Shown one piece after another: positions 1-10,007 of a DNA stretch of 63,026 nt; the stretch's first letter is position 1; each line of letters begins with the position of its first letter. A model generated the notes under the pieces. The model searched no databases, was not told the DNA's origin, and worked only from the letters and a program-made list of their open reading frames with translations. A program made the position numbers and the translations under genes. The stretch is from Acidobacteriaceae bacterium (lineage in GTDB: Bacteria > Acidobacteriota > Terriglobia > Terriglobales > Acidobacteriaceae): the NCBI GenBank assembly GCA_003142935.1, contig PLOG01000085.1, forward strand, positions 59,613-122,638. The letters are read 5' to 3'.

Positions 1-61
1 CCGGAATCGACAAGCTCTTTGCCAGCCGGACGGCGAGTGCAGTCGCGAGGTTCAGGACCGA

Positions 62-664
62 ATGAAGAAGATCGCCTTATTAGTATTCCTGTTGGCCGTG
101 AGTGTGGCCGCAGGCCGCGCTCAGGAGAGCCGTCAAGACATCAGCCTTAGTGGAACGGGACTCATTGAGCCGTTCATGGCCTCGTCCACCACTGTTCAGG
201 TGAGCGCGAACCGCGCCTTTGGCGGGCTGTTGAGCTATCGATTCATGCTGACGCCCACCGCTGCCTTAGAGGCCAACTACCAGATGACCTACGAGAACAA
301 CATTCACTACTACGCGAATCCCGACCACTACAACATCAACACCCGCACCCAGGAGATGTCGGCTGCCTTCGTTAAATCTTTTGTCTTCAAGAACTTGAAT
401 CCATTTGTGGAGGGAGGCCCGGGCGGCTTCATCTTTTTGCCCATCCGCAACTCCGGAACCACGTCGCTCGACGTAAAACAGCAGACTGAAGTCGGCGCCA
501 TCTACGGAGCCGGATTTGCATACGAGATCAGCCCCAGCTTTGACATTCGCGCCGAGTATCGCGGCTGGGTCACCAAGGTACCTACATTCGGCGATGCCCA
601 GTTGGATACCAAGCGCTGGTACAACATCAGCAATCCGGTCGTCGGCGTGGCCTATCACTTCTAA
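62..664 (+). CDS. Outer-membrane beta-barrel protein (OmpA-like/porin-family 8-stranded barrel)
   Basis: Signal peptide MKKIALLVFLLAVSVAAGRA, alternating amphipathic strands (YGAGFAYEI, FDIRAEYR), C-terminal aromatic residue (VGVAYHF). Confidence 0.75.
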   Translation: MKKIALLVFLLAVSVAAGRAQESRQDISLSGTGLIEPFMASSTTVQVSANRAFGGLLSYRFMLTPTAALEANYQMTYENNIHYYANPDHYNINTRTQEMSAAFVKSFVFKNLNPFVEGGPGGFIFLPIRNSGTTSLDVKQQTEVGAIYGAGFAYEISPSFDIRAEYRGWVTKVPTFGDAQLDTKRWYNISNPVVGVAYHF

Positions 665-695
665 ATACAGAGATCACCAATCTGGAACACTCGAT

Positions 696-731
696 GCGGG
701 GACGGGCCTTGGCCTGTCCCCGTTTGTTTTT
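696..731 (+). terminator. Rho-independent terminator after the beta-barrel gene
   Basis: CGGGGACGGGCC-TT-GGCCTGTCCCCG hairpin (697-722) followed by TTTGTTTTTG. Confidence 0.6.
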
Positions 732-773
732 GTTCAGGCATGACGCCAATCGCGCAGTTGCGGGAGGTGGGTG

Positions 774-1604
774 TTACCGGGACGCCTCCTGGTAGCGGCC
801 CAGTTCTTTGACCATGGCGCAGTGCCTGCCGAGCGCCTCGAGAGCCCGCGAGCCTTCGTCGGAAGAGCGGATTTGGCAGTCCACATAAAAGATGTACTCC
901 CAGGGCTTGCCGTGCACGGGCCGCGACTCGATCTTGGTAAGGTTGGTGCCCAGGTCTGCAAGCTCGTTGAGCACCGCTACCAGCGAACCGGGGCGGTTTT
1001 CGACGGAAAATGCTAGGCTAAGCTTGTTCGATTGCTTGTTCGATCCTGGATCGGCAACGGAGTCGGACGCGCGGCGCACCAGGAAGAAGCGCGTGAAGTT
1101 CTCCGCATTGTCCTCGATGCCGGCCTGCAGAATTTCGGCGCCGTAATACTGCGCGGCCGCTTCGCTGGCGATGGCGGCCGCATGGCGGTCGCGGAGATCG
1201 ACCAGTTGCTTCACGCTTCCGGCGGTGTCGTAGGAGGCGAAGGCTTCCATCCTTGGATGCTGGGCCAGGAAGAGCCGGCACTGCGCCAGAGCCACGGGAT
1301 GCGAGAAGACGCGGTCGATCTCGCTGGTCACGGCGCCTGGAATCGCGATCAGGTTGTGGCGGATGCGGAGCAGAGTCTCCCGCTCCACCTTCACGTCGTG
1401 GGTGAGCAGCAGGTCAAAGTGCTCCGAGACGGAGCCGGCCAGGCTGTTCTCAATGGGAATCACCGCGGCGTCCACTTTTCCGGAAGTGAGCGCGGCGAAG
1501 ACTTCCGCGGAAAGCGCGCAGGGAACAATGGTGGCGCCCGGAACCAGCTTCAGTGCCGCTTCGTGGCTGAAGGAGCCGGGTTCTCCTTGAATTGCAATGT
1601 TCAT
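774..1604 (-). CDS. pheA: Prephenate dehydratase (PDT + ACT domain)
   Basis: IAIQGEPGSFSH, IPIENSLAGSV, FSHPVALAQC, NFTRF, LTKIESRP and WEYIFYVD motifs. Start moved to the ATG at 1604 (MNIAIQG). Confidence 0.92.
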   Translation of the reverse strand: MNIAIQGEPGSFSHEAALKLVPGATIVPCALSAEVFAALTSGKVDAAVIPIENSLAGSVSEHFDLLLTHDVKVERETLLRIRHNLIAIPGAVTSEIDRVFSHPVALAQCRLFLAQHPRMEAFASYDTAGSVKQLVDLRDRHAAAIASEAAAQYYGAEILQAGIEDNAENFTRFFLVRRASDSVADPGSNKQSNKLSLAFSVENRPGSLVAVLNELADLGTNLTKIESRPVHGKPWEYIFYVDCQIRSSDEGSRALEALGRHCAMVKELGRYQEASR

Positions 1605-1697
1605 GGAATTGACCATACTACAGGGTTGGCTGCTCGAGAGACGGATGGGATTATTCAGAAGCCTACTTGCCAAACCAACATTCCCTCAGGGGCTTAA

Positions 1698-1900
1698 CAG
1701 GCTGCGGAAAAAGGCCTGATTCTGGCGAGAACCCAGAATGACAGTCGTTCAGGGGCTGAAGTCCACGTTGATTTTACGGCAGTTGCGGCACGACTCAAGC
1801 CACCCCTGCAACGAAGACCTGTCGCCGGGGACCCCGGCAAGTCGTGCCCTGATACAAAGCCTTGAGGTTTTGTGCCAAGATCGAGTTTTTCCGCAGCCTG
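1698..1900. mobile_element. MITE-like non-autonomous element with 15-bp perfect terminal inverted repeats
   Basis: CAGGCTGCGGAAAAA (1698-1712) and TTTTTCCGCAGCCTG (1886-1900), with TAA on both flanks (1695-1697, 1901-1903). Contains a REP-like unit and no transposase. Confidence 0.6.
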
Positions 1901-1945
1901 TAAAGCCCGTACCCTTCACAGAAATCCAGGTTAATGGACCAATTC

Positions 1946-2809
1946 TTACCGTAGCCAGAGGTCGGCGGCGACGAAGGCGAAGAAGACCATGGCGATGACG
2001 CCGTTCATGGTGAAGAATGCGGCATTGAGGCGGCGCAGATCGCGAGGGGAAACGATGGAGTGTTCGTAAGCCAGCAGCAGAGCCACGGCGGCGATGCCTG
2101 CCCAGCCGAGCGCAAGAAAATGAAAGAGAAGGCCGAACCAGATGAGAAGCCCGAGCATGGCCAGATGCATGGCGCGGGCTGCCCAGAAGGCTTTGGGGAT
2201 TCCTATGGCGCGGGGCAGGCTATAGAGTCCGGCGTCGCGGTCGTGCTCGTAGTCCTGGCAGGCGTAAAGCACGTCGAAACCGCCTGCCCACAACGTGACC
2301 GCCGCAGTAAGCACGACGATGCGCGCGTCGAGGGTGCCACGGACGGCGATCCACGCGGCCGAGGGAGCGAGACCGAGCGCGAGACCCAGAATCAGGTGCG
2401 ACCAGCGGGTGATGCGCTTCATGTAGCTGTAGCCGAACAGAACCAGGAGCACCAGCGGCGAGAGGTAGAGAGTGAGACGGTTCAGTCCGGCGGCGGCGGC
2501 GACAAAAGCCAGCGTCATGAGCAGCGTGAAGCCGAGAACAAACTGACGCGAAAGCAAGCCAGCGGGAATGGCGCGGCTGCTGGTGCGGGGGTTGGCGGAG
2601 TCGAGATCGGCATCGGCCCAGCGGTTGAAGGCCATGGCCGCGGAGCGCGCCGCGACCATGGCCACCAGGATCAACGCGACAGTGCGCCAGGCGGGAAGCC
2701 CGTTGGCTGCCAGCAGCACGGCCGTCAGCGCGAATGGCAGTGCGAAGATGGAGTGCTCCCACTTGATCATTTCCAGAGTGGTGCGCGTTTTGTGAAGAAT
2801 GTCCGACAT
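1946..2809 (-). CDS. UbiA-family prenyltransferase (4-hydroxybenzoate octaprenyltransferase / MqnP-like)
   Basis: KWEHSIFALPF, aspartate-rich FNRWADADLDSANPRT, YACQDYEHD and multiple TM helices. Start moved to the ATG at 2809. Confidence 0.85.
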   Translation of the reverse strand: MSDILHKTRTTLEMIKWEHSIFALPFALTAVLLAANGLPAWRTVALILVAMVAARSAAMAFNRWADADLDSANPRTSSRAIPAGLLSRQFVLGFTLLMTLAFVAAAAGLNRLTLYLSPLVLLVLFGYSYMKRITRWSHLILGLALGLAPSAAWIAVRGTLDARIVVLTAAVTLWAGGFDVLYACQDYEHDRDAGLYSLPRAIGIPKAFWAARAMHLAMLGLLIWFGLLFHFLALGWAGIAAVALLLAYEHSIVSPRDLRRLNAAFFTMNGVIAMVFFAFVAADLWLR

Positions 2810-3075
2810 GGTTGGTCTATTAAGCAGTGTAATTGAGCACGACTGCGGCGAAGGGAGACTATGGCGCGATTGGGCGGGAGGCGCCTGGCGACTTATCGAG
2901 TGGAAAGCAGTCATTGCGCGTGGGCTGCTTCACTTTTTCACAGTGGCTGTTCGCGGGGTGTCGATTTCTCTTTAAGTTCATTTAAATGTTTTGGTTACAG
3001 GATGCGTACTGGGATACAGCGCCTGTACCCAGCTCGGGGTGGCGTTCGCAAGTGTTTGATACCGAATGGCTTAGG

Positions 3076-3139
3076 TTTCCGCAGCCTGTAAAGCCCGCGA
3101 TGATTTGAAAGTGTTTGCGGCACGACTGAGGTCGTGCCC
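3076..3139. repeat. REP-like unit joined to a MITE right-end sequence
   Basis: TTTCCGCAGCCTGTAAAGCCC (3076-3096), then the hairpin GGCACGACTGAGGTCGTGCCC (3119-3139). Confidence 0.65.
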
Positions 3140-3255
3140 TTTTAAAACCAGTGCCGCGATTGGATTCTTACCGCTCAAATCGTAAACAAAAACACTTCAA
3201 CAATTCCGAGGGGCTCTTAACATGTTAAGACTGGCCCCGTAAACAAAGGGATTTC

Positions 3256-3293
3256 GAGGGCGAAGCCCTTGGCCAGAGTTTTTCCGCAGCCTG
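3256..3293. repeat. Degenerate REP-like hairpin plus a further MITE right end
   Basis: GAGGGCGAAGCCCT (3256-3269) and GAGTTTTTCCGCAGCCTG (3276-3293), the latter identical to 1883-1900. Confidence 0.55.
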
Positions 3294-3836
3294 GCAGACA
3301 GGTTCTTGAAATTTCCCGAATTGGGCAACGGTACTCCACTCCAGCCCAACCCTGAATTGCAATGCAGCGCAACCATCATTTCCGGTGAGCATTTCCCTGC
3401 ACAGAACCGATTATTAAATCGTGGCGCAGAGAAATCAGCATCCCTGCGCCAGGTTGAGGAGCCAACCGTTTCGTTTGCAACCGTAGCGCAACGACAATGA
3501 TGGACTGACTGCCACCGGACTCGTCCTCTCCCATCTTTGCAAAACCATTCATGCGCCAGGGCAAGGACCTCGCGTAATCGAGACTACGAACCGCACCGCC
3601 CTCGCAACGAGTGGCCGATTGTCTTCCAGCTATAAGCAGCACCGGGCCAACCAATTGCAACGTCGCACCGCTTATAAGCCCAGGACATCGACGATCGCTC
3701 GCGGAGGTTTTCCATAGGCCCACCGAGCGCAGCGCAACTGCGCCCGCTCTCGCACATTTCCTCTCTTCTCGCGGATTCCGGGTACGGAAGCATCGCGGAT
3801 TCGCGTCCTGGAGCAGGAGTCACGAAAGGATCAGGC

Positions 3837-5756
3837 ATGGCACTCGTCAAGAAAGCGACCGTCCAGGCAATAACCGCCGTAACGGATGGAAAGTCAACAG
3901 TCGTAGCCACCCGCGAGGCGGAAGCACAGCGCAAAAAGGCGAGAACCCTCGCCAAACAGCAACAGGCGGCGGAGCGCATCGCCGCGGCCACCGGCCAGTT
4001 GGCCTCGGGCATCGGCGAGGCCTCTTCGGCGGCCGAGGAATTGAAGCGCGCCAGCGACCAGATCGCCTCTGGGGCGGAAGAAGCCTCGAGCGCGGCGCAA
4101 CAGTCTCTGGAAGCATTTCAGCAGGTGGGCGCCGCGCTTACGCGCCAGTTGCAAAACGCCGACCTGGGGCGCGGCAAGGGTGAAGTCATTCAGACCCTGA
4201 TCGCTCAAAGCGGCACCGACGTAGCCAGCCTGATCACCAATGTCGCGGTAGCCGGGCAGCGCCAGATCGCTTCAGTGCGCATGGTGGTGGAGCTTGAAAA
4301 GCAGGCAGCCAATATCGGCGACATTGTGAAAGCGGTGGCGCGTATCGCCGACCAGACCAACCTGCTGGCCTTGAATGCGGCCATTGAAGCCGCCCGCGCC
4401 GGCAAGCATGGCAAGGGTTTCGCGGTGGTGGCCGATGAAGTGCGAACACTGGCCGAGACCTCGGAGAAAAGCGCCAAACAGATTCAGGAGCTGGTTGGGC
4501 AGATTCAGGTGGACGTGAAAACCATTGCCGACGGCATCAACGCCTCGGCGAAGACCATTGAAGAAGAAGTTGAAAAGGGCAAGACCGTCACCATTCAGAT
4601 GGAAGAGATCCGCACGGCGGTGATTGAGATCGTCAGGGGAATCACGGAAGTTGGCGTCAACGCCGGACAATCGAACTTAGCCGCCCAACAGGCGCTGAAG
4701 GGATCGCAGAGCATTGCGGCGGCAGCCGAGGAGCAGTCTTCCGCGGCCCAGGAATCGGCCAAGACCGTGGCCGAGCAGACCCTGGCACTGAACGAATGCG
4801 AGCAGGCGGCCCAGGCTCTGTCGGAGTTGGCGGAGGATTTGAAGAACTCAACCGATGTGGCCAAGAGCGCGGAACAGGTAGCTTCATCAGCCGAGGAGCT
4901 TTCCTCGGCGGTGCAGGAGATCAATCGCTCCAGCGCCCAGATCATGGCCGCTCTGAACCTGATCAAGAAAAGCGCCGAGGTGCAGTCGGCGGCCTCCGAG
5001 GAGTCGTCCGCGGCCACCAACGAGATCGAGAAAGGGCTGGATGTGGCCCAGAAACGCGCTACCGTCAGCGCGGAGAAGGTAGTTGCAATCAAGAAGTTGC
5101 TGGACGAGAACAAGATCGGCATCAATGGGCTGGTGACCGGCCTTTCCACTTCGGCCGAAGCCTCCCGCGCCAGCATCAAGCAGATGAACGCGCTGGAACT
5201 GGTATCGAGACGCATCGACAAGATCGTCGAGGCCATCAGTACTGTATCCATCCAGACCAACATGCTGGCCGTGAACGGCGCCATTGAAGCCGCCAGGGCC
5301 GGAGAGTTCGGCAAGGGCTTCGTCGTGGTGGCCACCGACATCCGCAACCTGGCCCACGATTCGTCGGAAAATGCCGACCGGATCAAGGACCTTGTGAAGG
5401 CGGTGCAGGACCAGATCGGCGTGGTTGGCCGCGACCTGAGCGAGATCGTGGTGGCGGCGCTGGCCGAGGTGGAGAAGGCCAAGAAAACCAACATCGACCT
5501 GGTGACGATCGAGACCGACATCCTGGTGGTGGAAAAGGGCACGGCGGAGATTCTTGCCGCTTCCGACGAAATCTCCGGCGCAATCGGCCAGGTGAAGAAG
5601 GGGATCGAGCAGATTTCCTCTGCCGCGACCGAAGCCGACCGGGCAGCCACCGAGGCATTCGGCGCCGCCCAGCAGCAGTCCAAGGGAGCCGAGGACCTAT
5701 CTGCCGCTATCGAAGAGATTGCATCCCTGGCGGACGAACTTCAGGCTGCAGGGTAA
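3837..5756 (+). CDS. Soluble methyl-accepting chemotaxis protein with two signalling domains (DosM-like)
   Basis: Two hairpin-tip signatures: [31 protein letters not shown] and [31 protein letters not shown]. No TM segment. Confidence 0.9.
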   Translation: MALVKKATVQAITAVTDGKSTVVATREAEAQRKKARTLAKQQQAAERIAAATGQLASGIGEASSAAEELKRASDQIASGAEEASSAAQQSLEAFQQVGAALTRQLQNADLGRGKGEVIQTLIAQSGTDVASLITNVAVAGQRQIASVRMVVELEKQAANIGDIVKAVARIADQTNLLALNAAIEAARAGKHGKGFAVVADEVRTLAETSEKSAKQIQELVGQIQVDVKTIADGINASAKTIEEEVEKGKTVTIQMEEIRTAVIEIVRGITEVGVNAGQSNLAAQQALKGSQSIAAAAEEQSSAAQESAKTVAEQTLALNECEQAAQALSELAEDLKNSTDVAKSAEQVASSAEELSSAVQEINRSSAQIMAALNLIKKSAEVQSAASEESSAATNEIEKGLDVAQKRATVSAEKVVAIKKLLDENKIGINGLVTGLSTSAEASRASIKQMNALELVSRRIDKIVEAISTVSIQTNMLAVNGAIEAARAGEFGKGFVVVATDIRNLAHDSSENADRIKDLVKAVQDQIGVVGRDLSEIVVAALAEVEKAKKTNIDLVTIETDILVVEKGTAEILAASDEISGAIGQVKKGIEQISSAATEADRAATEAFGAAQQQSKGAEDLSAAIEEIASLADELQAAG

Positions 5757-5766
5757 GGAGGCCGCG

Positions 5767-7413
5767 ATGACGAAACGAATCTTGAAACAGCAAGAGGATG
5801 CGGGAAGCGTCGCCGTGATGGATCCCGACGAGAGCGAACTCGACGTGCGAGGCGCGAATATTCATCAACCTGAGGAGGTGAGCCTCGATCGGAACGAGAG
5901 CGGGCCGCGCACCTCCACTACACAACAGGGCACACAGCAGTTTGTCATCTTCATTGCCGGTGAAGAGGTCTTCGCCGCCGATATGACTCCGGTAAAAGAG
6001 ATCATTCGCGTTCCCGATGTGGTGCGCGTTCCTCTTGCTCCGGCGGCATTGGAAGGCCTCGCGAATCTGCGCGGCAAAGTATTGCCGATCATCTCGTTGC
6101 GGCGTCTTTTCGGCTTTCCCGAACTGGCCCATGACGACTCGACGCGCGCCCTGGTGGTGGACGTGGGGCAGCCGTTGGGCTTTGTCGTCGATCGTGTTTC
6201 GAGCGTGGTGGGCGTGGATGCCAACCACATCGAAGACGTTGGCTCGATCCGCACCACGGTCAATACCGAGGTGCTTTCCGGCTTGCTCAAGGACGTAGGC
6301 GGCCACCCCATGATCATGGTGCTGGACTTTCTCAAACTCATTGAGAAGGAGTTCACGCAGATCGCGTCTCTCACCAGGAACGCGGGTACGGCAGGCGCGG
6401 TGCAGGCCAACGTCGAGGTTGAGGAAGAAGACAGCAGCGACGAACTGCAACTGGTGAGCTTCGATGTGGATGGCCAGGAGTATGCCATCGCCATCGAAGA
6501 GGTGCAGGAGATCGTGCAGGTTCCGGAGGCGGTGGTGCATGTGCCGCACTCGGATTCGCACGTGCTGGGCGTGATGACCCTGCGCAGCCGTTTGCTGCCA
6601 TTGGTCAACTTGCGCAGCATGTTTGCCATCGAGCACCGCGATCTGGACGAAAAAAGCCGCATCGTCGTGCTGACGCTGAATGGCGTCTCCGTAGGCGTGG
6701 TGGTGGATGCGGTCAGCGAGGTGCTTCGGGTCGCCAAGACCGGAGTGGACGCGCTCCCCGCATTGCTGGCCCGCGAGGGCAATCTCGCCGAAATCACCTC
6801 AATCTGCCGGCTGGACAATGGCAAGCGCCTGGTGTCGATTGTCACCGCGCGCAATCTGTTTGGCCATTCCGTAATCAAGGAGGCACTGAGCGCCGTGAGC
6901 AAAAGCGAAGAGGAAAGCGATCTGATCGCCGGGGAAGTGGACGACGATCTGGACGATGACGAGCAGGTGGTGATCTTCCGCCTCGACAAGGAGGAATTCG
7001 GCGCGCCGATCGCCAGCGTGCAGGAGATTGTCCGCGTCCCCGAGGCTCTGGTCAGGGTTCCGCAAGCGCCTTCTTTTGTCGAGGGCGTCATCAATCTGCG
7101 CGGCTCCGTTCTGCCGGTGATCGATCTTCGCCTGCGCCTCGGTCTCAAGCAGGTGGAACGCACCGACCGGCAACGAATCATGGTCTTTCTGATCTCCAAT
7201 GTGCGCACCGGGTTCATTGTGGATCAGGTGGCCGAGGTGCTGAAGATTCCCAAGGCAGCCATCGAAGCGTCGCCGCAACTGTCGGATCAGCAGAGCCTTC
7301 TGTTGAGCCGCATGGCCAACCTCGAGAAGCAAAAGCGTATGGTGCAACTGATCGATCCACCGCACCTTATGGCGAAGAAGGAACTGGCAGCTCTGGCCAG
7401 TATCGTCGCCTAA
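5767..7413 (+). CDS. cheW: CheW protein with three tandem CheW domains
   Basis: Three repeats of the F-x(n)-V(K/Q)EI(I/V) ... G-x-x-(N/T)LR(G/S)-x-(V/L)LP pattern. AAGGAG RBS before the ATG at 5767. Confidence 0.88.
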   Translation: MTKRILKQQEDAGSVAVMDPDESELDVRGANIHQPEEVSLDRNESGPRTSTTQQGTQQFVIFIAGEEVFAADMTPVKEIIRVPDVVRVPLAPAALEGLANLRGKVLPIISLRRLFGFPELAHDDSTRALVVDVGQPLGFVVDRVSSVVGVDANHIEDVGSIRTTVNTEVLSGLLKDVGGHPMIMVLDFLKLIEKEFTQIASLTRNAGTAGAVQANVEVEEEDSSDELQLVSFDVDGQEYAIAIEEVQEIVQVPEAVVHVPHSDSHVLGVMTLRSRLLPLVNLRSMFAIEHRDLDEKSRIVVLTLNGVSVGVVVDAVSEVLRVAKTGVDALPALLAREGNLAEITSICRLDNGKRLVSIVTARNLFGHSVIKEALSAVSKSEEESDLIAGEVDDDLDDDEQVVIFRLDKEEFGAPIASVQEIVRVPEALVRVPQAPSFVEGVINLRGSVLPVIDLRLRLGLKQVERTDRQRIMVFLISNVRTGFIVDQVAEVLKIPKAAIEASPQLSDQQSLLLSRMANLEKQKRMVQLIDPPHLMAKKELAALASIVA

Positions 7414-7417
7414 GCCC

Positions 7418-8500
7418 ATGACGACCCCAATCAAGCTGTTGATAGTCGATGACTCGGCCCTGATGCGGCGTCAGTTGATGACGCTGTTTCAGGCCGAGGG
7501 CGACTTCGACATCCGCCAGGCTAGAAACGGGGCCGAAGCGGTGCGGGAAAACCTGGAATTCGAACCGGAAGTGGTGACCCTGGATGTCAACATGCCGGAG
7601 ATGGACGGATTGACAGCGCTCTCGCTCATCATGGCCGAGCGGCCGGTTGCGGTGGTGATGGTCTCTTCGCTCACCGAACAAGGAGCGTTGGCAACCTTCG
7701 AAGCGCTGAATCTGGGCGCGGTGGATTACATTGCCAAACCCGGCGGCACCATCTCCCTGTCGATCGACAAGATCGCCGAGGATCTGATCGCCAAGGTACG
7801 CGCTGCCGCGCGGGCGCGAGTCAAAACCAAGGGATCGACAGGATCCGAAGTTGTCCGGCGCATCCGGGAGCAACGCAAAAAAGCTACCGCGGCGTTTTCC
7901 CTGGCGGTGCGGTCCAGAGCCACCTCCGAAGGTTTGCTGATCATCGGAGCATCGACCGGGGGCCCGAGAGCGCTGGAGATCGTTCTGTCGGGATTGCCGC
8001 CGGACTTTCCCTGGCCGGTGCTGGTGGCGCAGCACATGCCGGCGGCGTTTACCAAGGCATTTGCGGAAAGACTGAATCAGTGCTGTGCGCTTCCGGTAAC
8101 CGAGGCATCGAAAACGCTGCCCGTCGAGGCGGGCACAGTCTACATCGGCCGAGGCGGCGCGGACATGCTTCTGACCAGGCGGGCAGGCAAGCTGAATGTA
8201 TTGCCGGTTCCTGAGAATTCCAAGCACCACTGGCACCCTTCGGTCGAATTGCTGGGGCGATCGGCCCTGCAGCACTACGAGCCCAAGAAGATCACAGCGG
8301 TGCTGCTGACCGGCATGGGCAACGACGGATCGGATGCATTCACCGAAATCAAGAAGCGGGGCGGCCGTACGATTGCCGAATCGGAAGAGTCGGCCGTGGT
8401 GTATGGCATGCCGGCGGAATTGGTCGACAAGGGCGGCGCCAGCCTGATCCTCGCGGCGGAAGACGTCGCCGCGCAGGTCTCAAGCTGGGCTGGCCGGTAA
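7418..8500 (+). CDS. cheB: Chemotaxis response regulator protein-glutamate methylesterase
   Basis: Receiver domain (LIVDDS, TLDVNMP) plus IGASTGG, AQHMP and LTGMGNDG catalytic motifs. Confidence 0.95.
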   Translation: MTTPIKLLIVDDSALMRRQLMTLFQAEGDFDIRQARNGAEAVRENLEFEPEVVTLDVNMPEMDGLTALSLIMAERPVAVVMVSSLTEQGALATFEALNLGAVDYIAKPGGTISLSIDKIAEDLIAKVRAAARARVKTKGSTGSEVVRRIREQRKKATAAFSLAVRSRATSEGLLIIGASTGGPRALEIVLSGLPPDFPWPVLVAQHMPAAFTKAFAERLNQCCALPVTEASKTLPVEAGTVYIGRGGADMLLTRRAGKLNVLPVPENSKHHWHPSVELLGRSALQHYEPKKITAVLLTGMGNDGSDAFTEIKKRGGRTIAESEESAVVYGMPAELVDKGGASLILAAEDVAAQVSSWAGR

Positions 8501-8509
8501 GGAAAGTTC

Positions 8510-9133
8510 ATGGCGTTCGTAAAACGGAAAGCGATGGAACCAGCCCCGGCCGACGTGCCGAAGCAGGAACGAAGCTGTGCCGAGTTAACGGCATGCCTAG
8601 AGGATAGCGACCCTCAGACTCGCCGCCAGGCCGCGCGGGAGATGTTGCACTTCCCGGATGTGTCCGGCGCGCTGGTAAGCCGCTTGAGGCGCGAGCAGGA
8701 CGCGGCGGTGCGCGAGGTCATTTTGACCACGCTGGTTCGTCTCGCCGATCCGTCGGCCGCTGCCGGCATGGCCGAGTGCCTGCGCAGCGAAGATGCGGCG
8801 CTGCGCAACGAAGTCATCGAGGCCATCGGCCTTCTCTCCGGCGATGTATCGGCCACGCTGCGAACCTTGCTTGCCGACTCCGATCCCGACGTGCGCATTT
8901 TTGCCGTCAATATTCTCGACTCGCGACGACAGCCGGATGTGGAGAGCTGGCTCATCGAAGTCATCGAAAAGGATGTCCACCTGAACGTCTGCGCCACCGC
9001 GGTCGATCTGCTCTGCGAAGTGGGAACAGAGGCCGCCCTGGAACCGCTTCTCCGGCTCAAAGTCCGCTTTGTCTCCGAGGTCTTCATTCAATTTGCCGCC
9101 AACCGGGCCATCAAACGCATTCGTGGAGTCTGA
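8510..9133 (+). CDS. HEAT-repeat protein of the chemosensory operon
   Basis: Repeated L-x-D-x-D-x-x-VR / LR-x-E-D-x-x-(V/L)R helical units, located between cheB and cheR. Confidence 0.8.
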   Translation: MAFVKRKAMEPAPADVPKQERSCAELTACLEDSDPQTRRQAAREMLHFPDVSGALVSRLRREQDAAVREVILTTLVRLADPSAAAGMAECLRSEDAALRNEVIEAIGLLSGDVSATLRTLLADSDPDVRIFAVNILDSRRQPDVESWLIEVIEKDVHLNVCATAVDLLCEVGTEAALEPLLRLKVRFVSEVFIQFAANRAIKRIRGV

Positions 9134-9140
9134 CCGGATC

Positions 9141-10007
9141 ATGAGTGCATCTTATCAACATTCCGAATCCGTACCGGAAATCACCGACGAAGACTTCCTC
9201 AAGTTCAAGGAATTCTTCTATCGCAAGACCGGGATCAACTTCGAACTGACCAAGCGCTACTTCGTGGACAAACGCCTGGTGGAACGGATCAAGGCGACGA
9301 ACACTGAAAACTTTCGCGGCTACTTCGCGCTTTTGCGCTTTCAACCATCGGGCGAAGAGTTGCAGCAGCTCACCAACCTGATGACAGTGAACGAAACTTA
9401 TTTCCTGCGCGAGGAATATCAATTCAAGTGCCTGGTCAACTCCATCCTTCCGGAGATTGTTCAGCGCAAGAAGGGCAGAGACCCGATACGCATCTGGTGC
9501 ATCCCTTCGTCGTCTGGAGAAGAGCCCTATTCGGTCGCCATGTACCTGCAGGAAACCTGGCCGGGCATCGCGGACTGGGACGTGGAGATCATCTCGTCGG
9601 ACATCGATACCAACATTCTGCGGCGCGCGCGAGCCGGACGCTATTCCATTCGTTCCGTGCAGCACATGCCGGCGGTCTGGCTGGAAAAATACTTTACGGG
9701 AGTGAAAAACGAATACCAGCTTTGCGACGATCTTCGCCAGGCAGTCGAGTTCACCAGGGTCAATCTCTCCGAGCCTGCCGACACATTGAGATACCGCAAC
9801 TTCGATATCATCTTCTGCCGCAATCTTCTTATCTATTTCGACGATCTATCGCGGAAGACCGCGGCGGAGGCATTCTACGAAGTATTGAATCCGGGCGGAT
9901 ACATCTGTCTGGGCCACTCGGAATCGATGAGCCGTATTTCGCCGCTCTTCAAGGTGTGCAAATTTCCGGAAGCCATCGTCTATAGGAAAGCACTGGAGGC
10001 TCGATGA
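9141..10007 (+). CDS. cheR: Protein-glutamate O-methyltransferase
   Basis: TVNETYFLRE, SSSGEEPYS, SDID and FCRNLLIYF motifs. Start moved to the ATG at 9141. Confidence 0.95.
   Translation: MSASYQHSESVPEITDEDFLKFKEFFYRKTGINFELTKRYFVDKRLVERIKATNTENFRGYFALLRFQPSGEELQQLTNLMTVNETYFLREEYQFKCLVNSILPEIVQRKKGRDPIRIWCIPSSSGEEPYSVAMYLQETWPGIADWDVEIISSDIDTNILRRARAGRYSIRSVQHMPAVWLEKYFTGVKNEYQLCDDLRQAVEFTRVNLSEPADTLRYRNFDIIFCRNLLIYFDDLSRKTAAEAFYEVLNPGGYICLGHSESMSRISPLFKVCKFPEAIVYRKALEAR

Noticed and set aside
3530-3640. Possible c-di-GMP-I riboswitch upstream of the che operon (GCAAAACCATTC)
   Set aside because: No GNRA-capped P2 stem or GACGCAAAGCC segment follows. An Infernal search against RF01051 would settle it.
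3300-3836. Sigma-28 or sigma-54 promoter for the che operon
   Set aside because: GCCGATTG at about 3614 has no TAAA at the right spacing, and I found no TGGCAC-N5-TTGC.
4595-7217. Long antisense ORFs (4595-5683, 5707-6636, 5865-7217) opposite the MCP and cheW genes
   Set aside because: Shadow frames of GC-rich coding DNA, with low-complexity Ser/Ala/Thr translations and no motifs.
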